Assembly (NCBI GenBank): GCA_963759165.1
Contig: CAVWXK010000002.1
Location: 320,231-384,230, forward strand
DNA from: an uncultured Pseudomonadota bacterium
Lineage (GTDB): Bacteria > Desulfobacterota > Binatia > Binatales > Binataceae
Direction of reading: 5' to 3'
DNA length: 64,000 nt
Shown: one piece after another, positions 46,820 through 56,505 of the stretch
Layout of the letters: each line of letters begins with the position of its first letter
Numbering within the stretch: the first letter of the stretch is position 1
Position numbers and translations under genes: made by a program
Notes under the pieces: model-generated
Told to the model about the DNA's origin: nothing
What the model saw: the letters and a program-made list of their open reading frames with translations, nothing else
Databases searched by the model: none

Positions 46820-48994
46820 ATGACAGTGAGCACAGCCCCAAAACGCTCGCCGAGAATACTTGGCATAGACGCAGGCGGGACGATGACGGACACATTTCTG
46901 ATCGACGACAACGGTGACTTTGTCGTCGGCAAATCGCAGACCACACCGCAAGACGAATCGATCGGATTCCTGAATTCAGCGCGCGACGCGATGAAATACT
47001 GGGGCCTGACGGTTGAAGAAGGCTTTCCACAACTGCGCACCGGCATCTACTCGGGCACGGCCATGATCAACCGGCTCTTGGAACGCAAAGGACGGCGAGT
47101 GGGAGTCTTGGTCTCGGGCGGCATGGAAGACTACCTGCGCCTGGAACGGGGCATCCAGACCTACCTGGGCTACTCCTACTCGGACCGGGTGCACCTCGTC
47201 ACCCATCACCACAACCAACCGCTGGTGCCGCGCGAACGGATCTTCGGCATCCGCGGGCGGATCAACGTCTTCGGCAAGGAAGCCATCCCGCTCTACACGG
47301 CGGAAGTGCGCACGGCGGTCGAGAAATTGCTGGACATGCAAGTCGAATCGATCGTCATCTGCTTCATCTTCAGCTACAAGAACACCACCCACGAACAACT
47401 CGCCAAAAAAATCGCGCTGGAAGTCTTGGCCGAGCGCAAAGTCAGCCTGCCGCTCTACATCTCCAGCGAACTCTACCCGGTGCGCCAGGACTTCCCGCGG
47501 CTCAACACCACCCTGATGGAAGCCTACGCCGCCGAACCCTCGCGCCAATCGCTGCAACTGGTGCGGCAAAAAACCCGTGACTGCGGCGGCAACTTTGACC
47601 TGCGGGTCATGGCCAGTCACGGCGGCACCATCTCCATGGACGCCAAAGAACTCGCCCGCACCCTGGTCAGCGGCCCAATTGGCGGCGTCATCGGCAGCCG
47701 CTACCTGGGCAACAAAATCGGCGTCAAAAACCTCGCCTGCACCGACATCGGCGGCACCTCATTCGACATTGCGCTAGTCACCGACGGCGAATTCGCCATC
47801 ACCCAAAACCCCGACATCGGCCGCTTCCTGCTCAACATGCCGCTGGTGCGGATCGACTCGATCGGCGCCGGCACCGGATCGTTTGTGCGCATCAACCCCA
47901 CCTCGCAACGCATCGAAATCGGCCCGGACAGCGCCGGCTACCGGGTGGGGATGTGCTGGGCGGACTCGGGACTGGATACCGTCTCCATCACCGACTGCGA
48001 TGTAGCGCTGGGCTACATCAACCCCGACTTCTTCCTGGGCGGGGACATCACCCTGGACCGCCAGCGCGCCATCGACGCCGTCAAAACCCAGATCGCCGAT
48101 AAACTCGGCATCGACGTCTATCAAGCGGCTGCCGGCGTCGTCGAACTCTTCGAAGACAGCCTCAAAAACGCCCTGCTCGGACAAATCCTCGGCAAAGGCT
48201 ACGGCCCGGAAAGCTACACCCTGCTCTCCTACGGTGGTGGTGGCCCACTGCACGTCTGCGGCTATTCCCACGGACTGGCCTTCGACGACATCCTGATCCC
48301 CTCCTGGGCGCCGGGCTTCTCGGCCTTCGGCTGCGCTTGCGGCGACTACGAATACCGCTACGACCACACCCTCGACCAACCGTTGCTGCCGAGCTTCGAC
48401 GCCGCCCAGCGCGACAAGGTCGCGGCCACCATCACCGCCAGCTGGAAAATCCTCGCCGAACAAGTCGTCAGCGAATTTGCCAAGAGCGGCGCCGAACGTA
48501 AGGCGATCAAATTCAAGCCGGCGGTGCGCATGCTCTACTACGGCCAACTCAACGCCCTGGAAATCCTCTCCCCCCTGCCGGAATTCAAATCGGGCGACGA
48601 CCTCCAATTGCTGATCGACGGCTTCGAAGATCACTACGGGCGCATCTACGGCAACTCGGCGCGCAGCCCGCAGTTCGGCTACATGGTAGTCGGCGTCGTT
48701 ATGTCCGGCTCGGTCGACGTCGACAAACCGGCCCTGCCGGTCGAAACAGAAGTCGGTGCCAGGATCGGCTCGTCCGCCGTCAAAGGCACCCGCCAACTCT
48801 ACTACCGCGGCAGATGGCATACGGCGCAAATCCTCGATCTGGACAAGATCAAGGCCGGCAACGTGGTCGAAGGACCGGCCGTGGTCGAAGCGCCGGCCTC
48901 GACCATGGTCGTGCCTCCCGAGCGCACGGCCCGCCTCGACCAGCACCGCATCTTTCACATGAGCACCAACGCCGGCGCGAAGCAGCCTGCTTAA
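46820..48994 (+). CDS. acxA: Acetone-carboxylase-like beta subunit (hydantoinase A / HyuA family)
   Basis: ILGIDAGGTMTDTFLID, the later CTDIGGTSFDIALV, and ~720 aa length. First of a beta-alpha-gamma trio. AGGAGA ribosome-binding site before ATG 46820. Confidence 0.8.
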   Translation: MTVSTAPKRSPRILGIDAGGTMTDTFLIDDNGDFVVGKSQTTPQDESIGFLNSARDAMKYWGLTVEEGFPQLRTGIYSGTAMINRLLERKGRRVGVLVSGGMEDYLRLERGIQTYLGYSYSDRVHLVTHHHNQPLVPRERIFGIRGRINVFGKEAIPLYTAEVRTAVEKLLDMQVESIVICFIFSYKNTTHEQLAKKIALEVLAERKVSLPLYISSELYPVRQDFPRLNTTLMEAYAAEPSRQSLQLVRQKTRDCGGNFDLRVMASHGGTISMDAKELARTLVSGPIGGVIGSRYLGNKIGVKNLACTDIGGTSFDIALVTDGEFAITQNPDIGRFLLNMPLVRIDSIGAGTGSFVRINPTSQRIEIGPDSAGYRVGMCWADSGLDTVSITDCDVALGYINPDFFLGGDITLDRQRAIDAVKTQIADKLGIDVYQAAAGVVELFEDSLKNALLGQILGKGYGPESYTLLSYGGGGPLHVCGYSHGLAFDDILIPSWAPGFSAFGCACGDYEYRYDHTLDQPLLPSFDAAQRDKVAATITASWKILAEQVVSEFAKSGAERKAIKFKPAVRMLYYGQLNALEILSPLPEFKSGDDLQLLIDGFEDHYGRIYGNSARSPQFGYMVVGVVMSGSVDVDKPALPVETEVGARIGSSAVKGTRQLYYRGRWHTAQILDLDKIKAGNVVEGPAVVEAPASTMVVPPERTARLDQHRIFHMSTNAGAKQPA

Positions 48995-49017
48995 ACGCCA
49001 CGAATCAAGGAGCAGCC

Positions 49018-51252
49018 ATGGGCAAACCCGAAGAAATTGAAAAAGCGCTGCAGGCCAAGCCGATCGGCGAGAACGGCAAGACCCTCATCCAGATGCTGGC
49101 CGACAGCAACCGCCTGATGGAAGAGACGGGTCACTACTGCGGCGTCAAGGAGCTGACGCTGAAGACCAAGAACCCGATCCATTACGAGAAACTCTGGTCG
49201 CGGCTGCGCGGCGCGCTGGTCGGTGCGCGCGAAACGGCACTCAACATCTCCGCCTCGCCGATCGTACGCGAGATTGGCGAACTATGCTTTGCGCTGTACA
49301 CCCCCGAAGGCGACTCAATCACGCTGTCGACCGGCATCATGGCGCACGTGCACACCATGTCGGAAGCCATCAAGCACATTGTGCGCAGCAACTACGAAAA
49401 CGATCCGGGGATACGCCCGGGCGACATTTTTGTGAACAACGACCCACAGCTGGGGGACGTGCACAATGCCGACGTGATGGAACTGGTCCCGATCTTCTGG
49501 GAGGACGAACTGATCGGCTGGGCCGGCGGCGTCAGCCATGAAATCGATGTCGGTGCGCCGCAGGCGGCGAGCATGCCGATCGGCACCATGAGCCGCTTCG
49601 AGGACGGCTGGATTCTGTCGTGCCAGAAGGTAGGGGCCAACGACAAGCTGTTTGCCGATTATGAACGGCGTTGTTACACGGCGGTGCGGTTGCCGTTCTA
49701 CTGGGTGCTCGACGAGAAGTGCCGCGTCTCGGGTTGCCAAATCATCCGCGAAGCGGTCAAGCGGCTGGTGGCGGAGGAAGGCATCGACACCTACAGGTGC
49801 TTCATCCGTGAAGTGATCGAGGATACCCGCCAGGCCTTCGTGAATCGCGTCAAGGAATTCATGATTCCGGGAATCTACCAATATCCGAGCTTCATGGACG
49901 TGCCGCACAGCATCGACAAGGGGCGCATGCCGGACTATGCGGCGATCGATTCGATGATGCACTGTCCGCTGGAGATCCGGGTCGGCGTGGATGCCAGTTT
50001 CGAACTCGACCTGGAAGGCGCCAACAAGTGGGGCTACCATGCCTTCAACTGTACCCCTTCGGGAATTCAGGGCGGCTTGTGGGTCGGCATTACGCAGGTG
50101 CTGATCCCCAACGACAAGGTGAATGACGGCGCTTACCTGGCGACGAAATTCAACACCCCTTACGGTACCTGGTCGAATCCTGACAACATCTACGTCTCCA
50201 ATACGCTCTCCTGGATGTTCCTGATTCCTTGCTTCACCGGCCTGTTCCTGGCGGTCAGCCAGGCGGTCAGTGCGCGCGGCTATGTCGAGGAAGTGGTGGC
50301 CGGCTATCCTTTCACCGGCAATCTGGCTCAGGGCGGCGGTCCAAACCATTATGGCCAGGAAGGCAGCTGGTGCAATTTCGAGCACAGCTGCTGCGGCACT
50401 TCGGCGGGCTTCGCGCGCGACGGAGAATCCTGCTGCGCCGCCATCTGGAATCCGGAAGGCGACATGGGCGATGTCGAGGCGTGGGAACTGCTGGAGCCTA
50501 ACCTCTATCTCGGCCGTCGTCTGCGGCCTTCCACGGCGGGCATGGGCAAGTACCGCGGCGGCGCCGGTTTCGAATCGATCCGCATGATCTACGGCACGCC
50601 ACGGCAGGAAATGCTCAATGGCGTGAATAGCCACGTCTTCCATGGCAACGGTCTGTTCGGCGGCTATCCGGCCTCGACCCCTTACCGCCGCAGCGTCAGG
50701 AACACCGACATGAAACAGCGCGTCGCCGAGGGTCGTCCCTATCCGGTCTCCGATCGCGATCCGGAGCACAGCGACCTCGACCTAGAAGCCAATATTCAGG
50801 GCGAGCAGTTGAAGGACAAGTATTGCTACCACTTGCCCGACATGCACAAGGAATATGACATTTACGTCAACCAACTCTGCGGCGGTCATGGCCTCGGCGA
50901 CGTGCTGGAGCGCGATCCGGCGATGGTGGTGCAGGACCTCAACGACGACCTGTTGCTGGCGCGCTTTGCCAGTTCCGCTTACGGCGTGATTGCCAAGCAG
51001 GGCGCCGACGGCAAATGGCAGCTAGATGAGCATGCCACCGCGCAGCGCCGCATCGAGATCCGTAAAGCCCGGCTTGCGCGCAGCGTGCCGGTGGCGGAGT
51101 GGATCAAGCAGCAGCAGCCGCACGTCATGAAAGGCGAATATTTTTCGCCGGTGCGCGACATGTACAAGTCCAGCATGAGCCTGTCGAAGTCCTGGGCGAA
51201 CAAGTACCGCTGCTTCTGGGGACTTCCGGATGACTGGACGCTGGATGCTTGA
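49018..51252 (+). CDS. acxB: Acetone-carboxylase-like alpha subunit (hydantoinase B / HyuB family)
   Basis: 744 aa from MGKPEEIEKAL (AAGGAG ribosome-binding site). HyuB-type blocks GDIFVNNDPQLGDVHNADV and GMGKYRGGAGFESI. Confidence 0.8.
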   Translation: MGKPEEIEKALQAKPIGENGKTLIQMLADSNRLMEETGHYCGVKELTLKTKNPIHYEKLWSRLRGALVGARETALNISASPIVREIGELCFALYTPEGDSITLSTGIMAHVHTMSEAIKHIVRSNYENDPGIRPGDIFVNNDPQLGDVHNADVMELVPIFWEDELIGWAGGVSHEIDVGAPQAASMPIGTMSRFEDGWILSCQKVGANDKLFADYERRCYTAVRLPFYWVLDEKCRVSGCQIIREAVKRLVAEEGIDTYRCFIREVIEDTRQAFVNRVKEFMIPGIYQYPSFMDVPHSIDKGRMPDYAAIDSMMHCPLEIRVGVDASFELDLEGANKWGYHAFNCTPSGIQGGLWVGITQVLIPNDKVNDGAYLATKFNTPYGTWSNPDNIYVSNTLSWMFLIPCFTGLFLAVSQAVSARGYVEEVVAGYPFTGNLAQGGGPNHYGQEGSWCNFEHSCCGTSAGFARDGESCCAAIWNPEGDMGDVEAWELLEPNLYLGRRLRPSTAGMGKYRGGAGFESIRMIYGTPRQEMLNGVNSHVFHGNGLFGGYPASTPYRRSVRNTDMKQRVAEGRPYPVSDRDPEHSDLDLEANIQGEQLKDKYCYHLPDMHKEYDIYVNQLCGGHGLGDVLERDPAMVVQDLNDDLLLARFASSAYGVIAKQGADGKWQLDEHATAQRRIEIRKARLARSVPVAEWIKQQQPHVMKGEYFSPVRDMYKSSMSLSKSWANKYRCFWGLPDDWTLDA

Positions 51253-51291
51253 TGAACAATTGCGAGATATCACAAATAAAGGAAACCCAAA

Positions 51292-51783
51292 ATGGCCAAC
51301 TACACGCAAGAAGTGATTGCCGACCTGGTCGACGGCAAACTGCCCTGGAAAATGCTCAAAGAAATGATGAGCAACTACAAGGACCCGAACCGCTTCGACA
51401 AATATGTGGCAGTGCTGCAGCAGAAGCAGAAATGGCAGGAGAAAATCCTGTTGCCGCTCGGCCCGCATTTGTTCATCGTCAAGAAGGCGGACGGCGGCAT
51501 CGTCACCAAGAGCAGCAGCGGCTACGAGTTCGGCGACTATCGCCAAAACTGGAAGCTGCAGGCGCGGATTTATGTACGCGACAGCAACGAGGCCTATATG
51601 GAAATCTATCCGGCCTTGATGCATGCCGATCCGAAGTGGATGGAACTGCGCGAATACTATGACCCGCTCGATGGCACCCTGCTGGAAATCGAGGCGGTGC
51701 CGCCGGGCTATCCGATCGTCCATTCCTTCCAGCCCGACCTGGAGGCTTTCTATCAGCACTGGCTGAAGCGCCCCTTGCATTGA
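51292..51783 (+). CDS. acxC: Acetone-carboxylase gamma-subunit-like protein, cysteine-free variant
   Basis: 163 aa. VIADLVDGKLPWKMLKEMMSNYKDPNRFDKYVAVLQQKQKWQEKILLPLGPHLFIV and NWKLQARIYVRD...EIEAVPPGYPIVHSFQPDLEAFYQHWL parallel AcxC as I recall it. The ORF contains no Cys at all. Confidence 0.75.
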   Translation: MANYTQEVIADLVDGKLPWKMLKEMMSNYKDPNRFDKYVAVLQQKQKWQEKILLPLGPHLFIVKKADGGIVTKSSSGYEFGDYRQNWKLQARIYVRDSNEAYMEIYPALMHADPKWMELREYYDPLDGTLLEIEAVPPGYPIVHSFQPDLEAFYQHWLKRPLH

Positions 51784-51791
51784 GGATGGGC

Positions 51792-51878
51792 ATGGAAGGA
51801 CTGTTCGCTCTGAAAGGCAAGGTGGCTTTCGTTTCGGGGGCGTCCAGCGGCATTGCTACGAAGCCGAGTCCCCAATAA
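51792..51878 (+). pseudogene. N-terminal stub of a short-chain dehydrogenase/reductase
   Basis: MEGLFALKGKVAFVSGASSGIA matches the SDR TGxxxGIG start, then diverges and stops after 28 codons. Confidence 0.5.
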
Positions 51879-51888
51879 ATCTACCAAT

Positions 51889-52563
51889 ATGTGCGGTCGG
51901 TTCACGCTGACCCGAAAAGACAAGCGCGAAGTTGCCGAGTTCCTCGGTGTCGACGAGGGCGAACTGGGCGACTACCGGCCTCGATACAACATCGCGCCAA
52001 TGCAGTGGCATTTCTTGGTTGTGTCCGAATACGAGCGCCGTAAGGCTCTGCCGGCGAGGTGGGGCCTGGTCAATCGATGGGCTAAGGACAACTCGCGCGC
52101 CTCGCAATGCATCAACGCCAAGAGCGAGACCGTCGATATCAAGCCGAGCTTTCGCGACGCCTTCCTTAAACGCCGCTGCGTTATCCCCGGCGACGGGTTT
52201 TATGAGTGGAAAGGTCCGAAGAACTCCCGCAAGCCGCTTTGGATTCATCGCGCGGACCATCAGTTGCTGCTTTTCGCGGGCCTCTACGAATCCTGGCAGC
52301 GCGAGCCTGGTAACTGGGAGCGCACCTTCACGATCCTCACCTGTGAGCCGAATCAAACCATGGCCCAGATTCACAACCGCATGCCGGTCATCCTTTCGGA
52401 ACGGGATGCCGACGATTGGATGAATCCGCTGGAGAAAGACCCATCGTCGCTGAAGCGGCTGCTCGCGCCGGCGCCGGATGAGCTTCTGGTTGTCCAGCCC
52501 GCGTCAACGCTGGTTAACAGCCCGAGGAATGAAGGACCAGAGCTGTTGGAGGTGCTGGGCTGA
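51889..52563 (+). CDS. SOS-response-associated peptidase (SRAP, YedK/HMCES family) abasic-site DNA-protein crosslinking protein
   Basis: Starts MCGRFTL (catalytic Cys2). Blocks YNIAPMQ, WGLV, INAKSETV, RRCVIPGDGFYEW and HNRMPVIL. Confidence 0.85.
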   Translation: MCGRFTLTRKDKREVAEFLGVDEGELGDYRPRYNIAPMQWHFLVVSEYERRKALPARWGLVNRWAKDNSRASQCINAKSETVDIKPSFRDAFLKRRCVIPGDGFYEWKGPKNSRKPLWIHRADHQLLLFAGLYESWQREPGNWERTFTILTCEPNQTMAQIHNRMPVILSERDADDWMNPLEKDPSSLKRLLAPAPDELLVVQPASTLVNSPRNEGPELLEVLG

Positions 52564-52741
52564 ACCCAACGCTTTCGCTCTGGGCTGGGTCCATATAAGG
52601 CACTACCATCCCATCGTCGTAGCCCTCGCCGAAACCATTCTCTGCTGATGAGGAAAGTCGACGAGGTAATCGACAAGCACGGAGGCTGGCTTGCGGCGTT
52701 TTCATGGCCCGACGGCTGCCCGCCTCGAAGACAGTGGCACC

Positions 52742-53974
52742 ATGCGTTCATCAACAGACACCTGGCCGCGAGTAATAGCCCACGCCGACATGGACGCGTT
52801 CTACGCGTCGGTCGAGCAGCTCGATAATCCCGAGTTGCGCGGCAAGCCGGTGATCGTCGGCGGCAGCAGCAGTCGCGGAGTTGTAACCTCCGCCTCTTAC
52901 GAAGCGCGCCCTTTCGGCGTACGCGCCGCGATGCCTACGGCGCAGGCCCGCAGGCTTTGCCCGCAGGCGACTTTCGTGCGCGGCCGGATGGATCGTTACG
53001 TCGAGTTGTCGGACGTCATCAGGAAAGTCTTCGAAAGCTTCACGCCGATGGTCGAGCCGCTTTCGCTCGACGAAGCCTTTCTCGATCTCGCCGGCACCGA
53101 GCGCATCCACGGATCGCCGCTCGAGGCCGCCCGCGAACTCAAGCGGCGCGTGCGCGAGAAGACAGGGCTCGTGGTTTCGGTCGGAATCGCGCCGGTCAAG
53201 ATGGTCGCGAAGGTCCTCTCCGACATGTCGAAGCCCGACGGTTTGCTGCTACTTGGGCCGGAACACCTCACAGAGTTCTTAAATCCGCTGCCGGTCGAGC
53301 GGCTGTGGGGCGTGGGCCGCGTGACGCTCGATCGGCTCAATCGCGAGGGAATCCGGACCATCGGCGATTTGGCGCGCTGGGACCGGGCGGCGCTGCGCTC
53401 GCGCCTTGGATCGCTTGGCACCCATCTGGGCGAACTCGCACAGGCGCATGACTCGCGCGAAGTGATACCCGACTGGCAACGCAAGTCTTACGGCGAGGAA
53501 AACACCTTCGAGCACGACCAGCCGCCCGATTCGCTCGAGCTCAAGCGCACGATTATCGCCCACGGCGAGGCACTGGGGCGCCGCTTGCGCGAAGACGGCG
53601 TGCGCGCCCGCACGGTTACGCTCAAGCTCAAACTCGCCCGTCCGCTGGGCGGCGGACGCTATCCGCAACTGACCCGAAGCTGGTCGCTGGAGACGGCGAC
53701 CGACGACGGCGATCAGATCACGCGGATAGCGCTGCGGCTGCTGGCGAAACTCCGGGACCAGGGGAAGATTCGCTTGGCCGGAGTGCAGGTGCACAATCTC
53801 GAGCGGCCCGATTCATCGCAGCTCGGCCTATTCACGGCGCCAGCGGAGTCGGCCAGCAAGCGTGCGCGGCTCAACCGTGCACTGGACTTGGTGGCCGAGC
53901 GATTCGGGGACAAGGCGGTAACGCGCGGGATGGTGCGAGTCGAGCGCGCCGCGCCAAGCACGCAAATCAAGTAG
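52742..53974 (+). CDS. dinB: DNA polymerase IV (Y-family translesion polymerase)
   Basis: IAHADMDAFYASVEQLDNPELRGKPVIVGG, SLDEAFLDL, SVGIAPVKMVAKVLSD and LWGVGRVT. Confidence 0.9.
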   Translation: MRSSTDTWPRVIAHADMDAFYASVEQLDNPELRGKPVIVGGSSSRGVVTSASYEARPFGVRAAMPTAQARRLCPQATFVRGRMDRYVELSDVIRKVFESFTPMVEPLSLDEAFLDLAGTERIHGSPLEAARELKRRVREKTGLVVSVGIAPVKMVAKVLSDMSKPDGLLLLGPEHLTEFLNPLPVERLWGVGRVTLDRLNREGIRTIGDLARWDRAALRSRLGSLGTHLGELAQAHDSREVIPDWQRKSYGEENTFEHDQPPDSLELKRTIIAHGEALGRRLREDGVRARTVTLKLKLARPLGGGRYPQLTRSWSLETATDDGDQITRIALRLLAKLRDQGKIRLAGVQVHNLERPDSSQLGLFTAPAESASKRARLNRALDLVAERFGDKAVTRGMVRVERAAPSTQIK

Positions 53975-54269
53975 CGGCATTCCATGCCGACGGGACGTAA
54001 CACGCTTGCCAGGAAAGTGGACGGCTGCAAAGTACGCATCCCCTACCAGCGGCTGGCCGCTGTGGAATGACTCCCGCCCCAAGGATCATCAAGAGGCGGT
54101 GAAAGCCTGCGTTGAAAAGCGCAGACCCAATTTCGTCGGGGCCGAATAGCCGCACCGTGTCTCAGGTTGAACACGAACTGGCGATCCGGTCGCGGACTTC
54201 TATTTGACGGGCGGGGCGTCGCCTCCGTATTGGACCAGTCCGCTTGCTTCGACCGCGCGCTGGGTAACC

Positions 54270-55988
54270 TCATCGCAGGGATTTGGCCAGTCGGCCACGC
54301 CCCTCAACCGTCAGGCGCCTCGAAACCGGCGCTTCGCTAAGCGAGGTGCGTCGAACGATCGCGTCGAGATCGTGGCTGCCCTCCAGCGTGCCGAACGTTC
54401 GTCCCGATTTCTTCTCCAGCCGGGTTTCCAGGAACGCGGACGCTACCGGGCTCGAAGAGTAACGGGCGATCACGCTTGCCTGTACGCCGAGAGCGAGCAT
54501 TTCGGTCAGTCGGCGAGCCTGCTGCGCGGCGAGTTCCGGGTCGCGGGCGATGGTTTCGATTTCGCTCGCCCATGCCCCGATCCGTCGATCGGCGGACGCG
54601 CCAAGCCTGATCTCATCCATTATCGCGTCCAGTGCGCCCGGCACGCGTCCGATCGCCCTGACCACGTCCATGCACATCATGTTGCTGGTGCCTTCCCAGA
54701 TGGTATTGATCGGCGCCTCCCGATAGAGCCTCGCCATCGGATGCTCTTCGACATAACCGTTACCCCCGATACACTCGAGCGCCTCTTCCACTACCACGGG
54801 AGCGCGCTTACAGTTCCAGTACTTGGCAACCGGAGTCAGAATCCGGGTCAAGCGGCGTTGCGATTCGTCGTGCTCGGCCCGGTCCAGCGCTCCCGCAAGC
54901 CGCATCGCGAGCAGCGTCGCCGCCTCCGATTCGAGCGCGAGGTCGGCCAGCGTGTTCTTCATCATCGGTTGGTCGATCAGATGCTTGCCAAATGCCTTGC
55001 GATGTTGCGCGTGAAACATCGCGAGGTTGAGCGCCTGCCGCAGCAGAGCGGCCGAGCCAATCGCGAAGTCCAGGCGAGTGTAGTCCGCCGACTCCAGGAT
55101 CGTGCGAACGCCGCGGCCTTCCTCGCCGACCAGAATTGCCCACGTGCCGGCCAGCTCGGTCTCGCTCGACGCGTTGGAACGGTTGCCGCACTTGTCCTTG
55201 AGGCGCTGGAGGAAGAAGCTGTTGCGGGTCCCGTCGGGCTTCCAGCGCGGCACGAAGAAACACGAGACGCCGCTCTGCGTTTGTGCGGTGGTGAAGAACC
55301 CGTCGCTCATCGGCGCCGAAAAGAACCACTTGTGTCCAGTCAGCTCGTAAATATCGGCGTCGGCGTCGCGGCCCACGCGCTGCGCGGTGGTCGAATTGGC
55401 GCGCAGATCCGAACCGCCCTGCTTTTCGGTCATCGCGTAGCCGACCGTAACCGCGCGCTTCTCGGACATCGGCTTGAACCCGGGATCGTAATCCTGAGCC
55501 GCGAGCTTCTTCAGCCATTCGCCCGAAAGCCGGCTCGACATCTGAAAGCCGCCGATGGCCGCGTAGGCCATCGAGGTCGGGCAGCCGGTTCCATTTTCCG
55601 CCTGATTCCAGAGATAGCTCAGCGCCGCGCGCGCCACATGTCCACCCGGCCGGTTGGCGTTGTACGCGAAGCAGTGAACTCCGGCTCCAAACGCGATCGC
55701 CATCAGCGCGTGATAAGCGGGATGGAATTCGACGTAATCGATCCGATTGCCGAAGCGGTCATAGCTGCGCAATTCGGGCGTGTGCTTGTTGGCGAGGCGC
55801 ACCAGTTCCGCCACGCGCTCGCTGGCAACGATTGCCCCGAACTCCGCGCAGTGATCGTGAGCCCATCCCGCACCCTCACGTTCCAGGGCCTCTACCAGAA
55901 TCGGGTCCTGAGTGAAGGCGTTGTGCCCCACCATCGGAGGCGTTTGATTCTCTACCGCGTGGCCGGCATCCACAGTCAGATTCGACAT
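54270..55988 (-). CDS. AidB-like acyl-CoA dehydrogenase family protein
   Basis: 572 aa with an N-terminal extension (NQTPPMVGHNAFTQDPILVEALEREGAGW...RSYDRFGNRIDYVEFHPAYHALM), then an ACAD core (GMTEKQGGSD, WFFSAP, IWEGTSN). Confidence 0.8.
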   Translation of the reverse strand: MSNLTVDAGHAVENQTPPMVGHNAFTQDPILVEALEREGAGWAHDHCAEFGAIVASERVAELVRLANKHTPELRSYDRFGNRIDYVEFHPAYHALMAIAFGAGVHCFAYNANRPGGHVARAALSYLWNQAENGTGCPTSMAYAAIGGFQMSSRLSGEWLKKLAAQDYDPGFKPMSEKRAVTVGYAMTEKQGGSDLRANSTTAQRVGRDADADIYELTGHKWFFSAPMSDGFFTTAQTQSGVSCFFVPRWKPDGTRNSFFLQRLKDKCGNRSNASSETELAGTWAILVGEEGRGVRTILESADYTRLDFAIGSAALLRQALNLAMFHAQHRKAFGKHLIDQPMMKNTLADLALESEAATLLAMRLAGALDRAEHDESQRRLTRILTPVAKYWNCKRAPVVVEEALECIGGNGYVEEHPMARLYREAPINTIWEGTSNMMCMDVVRAIGRVPGALDAIMDEIRLGASADRRIGAWASEIETIARDPELAAQQARRLTEMLALGVQASVIARYSSSPVASAFLETRLEKKSGRTFGTLEGSHDLDAIVRRTSLSEAPVSRRLTVEGRGRLAKSLR

Positions 55989-56109
55989 GATTGGCCTTCC
56001 CTCCCGCTGTCAGCCGTGCCGAGGCTGACGGATCTCGCCTTGGAGCGTTGATTATCGTTGAGCCCAGAACCGTGGACCACGAAATGCAGGAACTCAGGGC
56101 GTGGATCTA

Positions 56110-56472
56110 TCACCCGGTCCAGGCGCCTCCCTGGATGAGCACACCATTGTGGATGAGGAAGCCCCGCACCACGTTGCCATTGGCGACGGCGTCGCGTCCG
56201 GTCCAGCCCTTCTTGGCCACGAACTCAGAGATGGCCTCGTTCATGGCCTGCCGGGCCTTGGTGTTGATGAACAGGTCGCCCGTGACCTTCTTGCGCAGAA
56301 GGCAGCCAGCTACGAGCTCGTCGGGCGACTTGCCTGTCTGCTCGCTGAAGTCCGCCAGGATCCCAAGCAGACGCTCTTGCATCTCGGGTGGATCCTTGTC
56401 GTGCCCGGCGCTGGCGAACCAGCGGCGGACCGTCCGGAAGGAACGGATGTCTGTGCCGCCAGGGACGTTCAA
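56110..56472 (-). CDS. Hypothetical protein downstream of the nitroreductase
   Basis: 120-aa ORF 34 nt after the nitroreductase stop. No family recognised. The start could be the internal Met (MQERLLGIL...). Confidence 0.35.
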   Translation of the reverse strand: MNVPGGTDIRSFRTVRRWFASAGHDKDPPEMQERLLGILADFSEQTGKSPDELVAGCLLRKKVTGDLFINTKARQAMNEAISEFVAKKGWTGRDAVANGNVVRGFLIHNGVLIQGGAWTG

Positions 56473-56505
56473 ATCGGATACCCTCGTGTCGGCTCGGTCG
56501 TTCGC

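Noticed and set aside
53975-54010. Hairpin cggcat-tcc-atgccg after dinB as a terminator
   Set aside because: It has a 6-bp stem without a following T-tract. That is not enough to call an intrinsic terminator.
54204-56051. 615-aa plus-strand ORF
   Set aside because: It is antisense to the AidB-like acyl-CoA dehydrogenase. It is Arg-rich, has no recognisable domain, and is a typical GC-rich shadow frame. The same reasoning applies to 6513..7667(-), 47774..48958(-), 49315..50769(-), 16705..17439(+) and 36980..37822(-).
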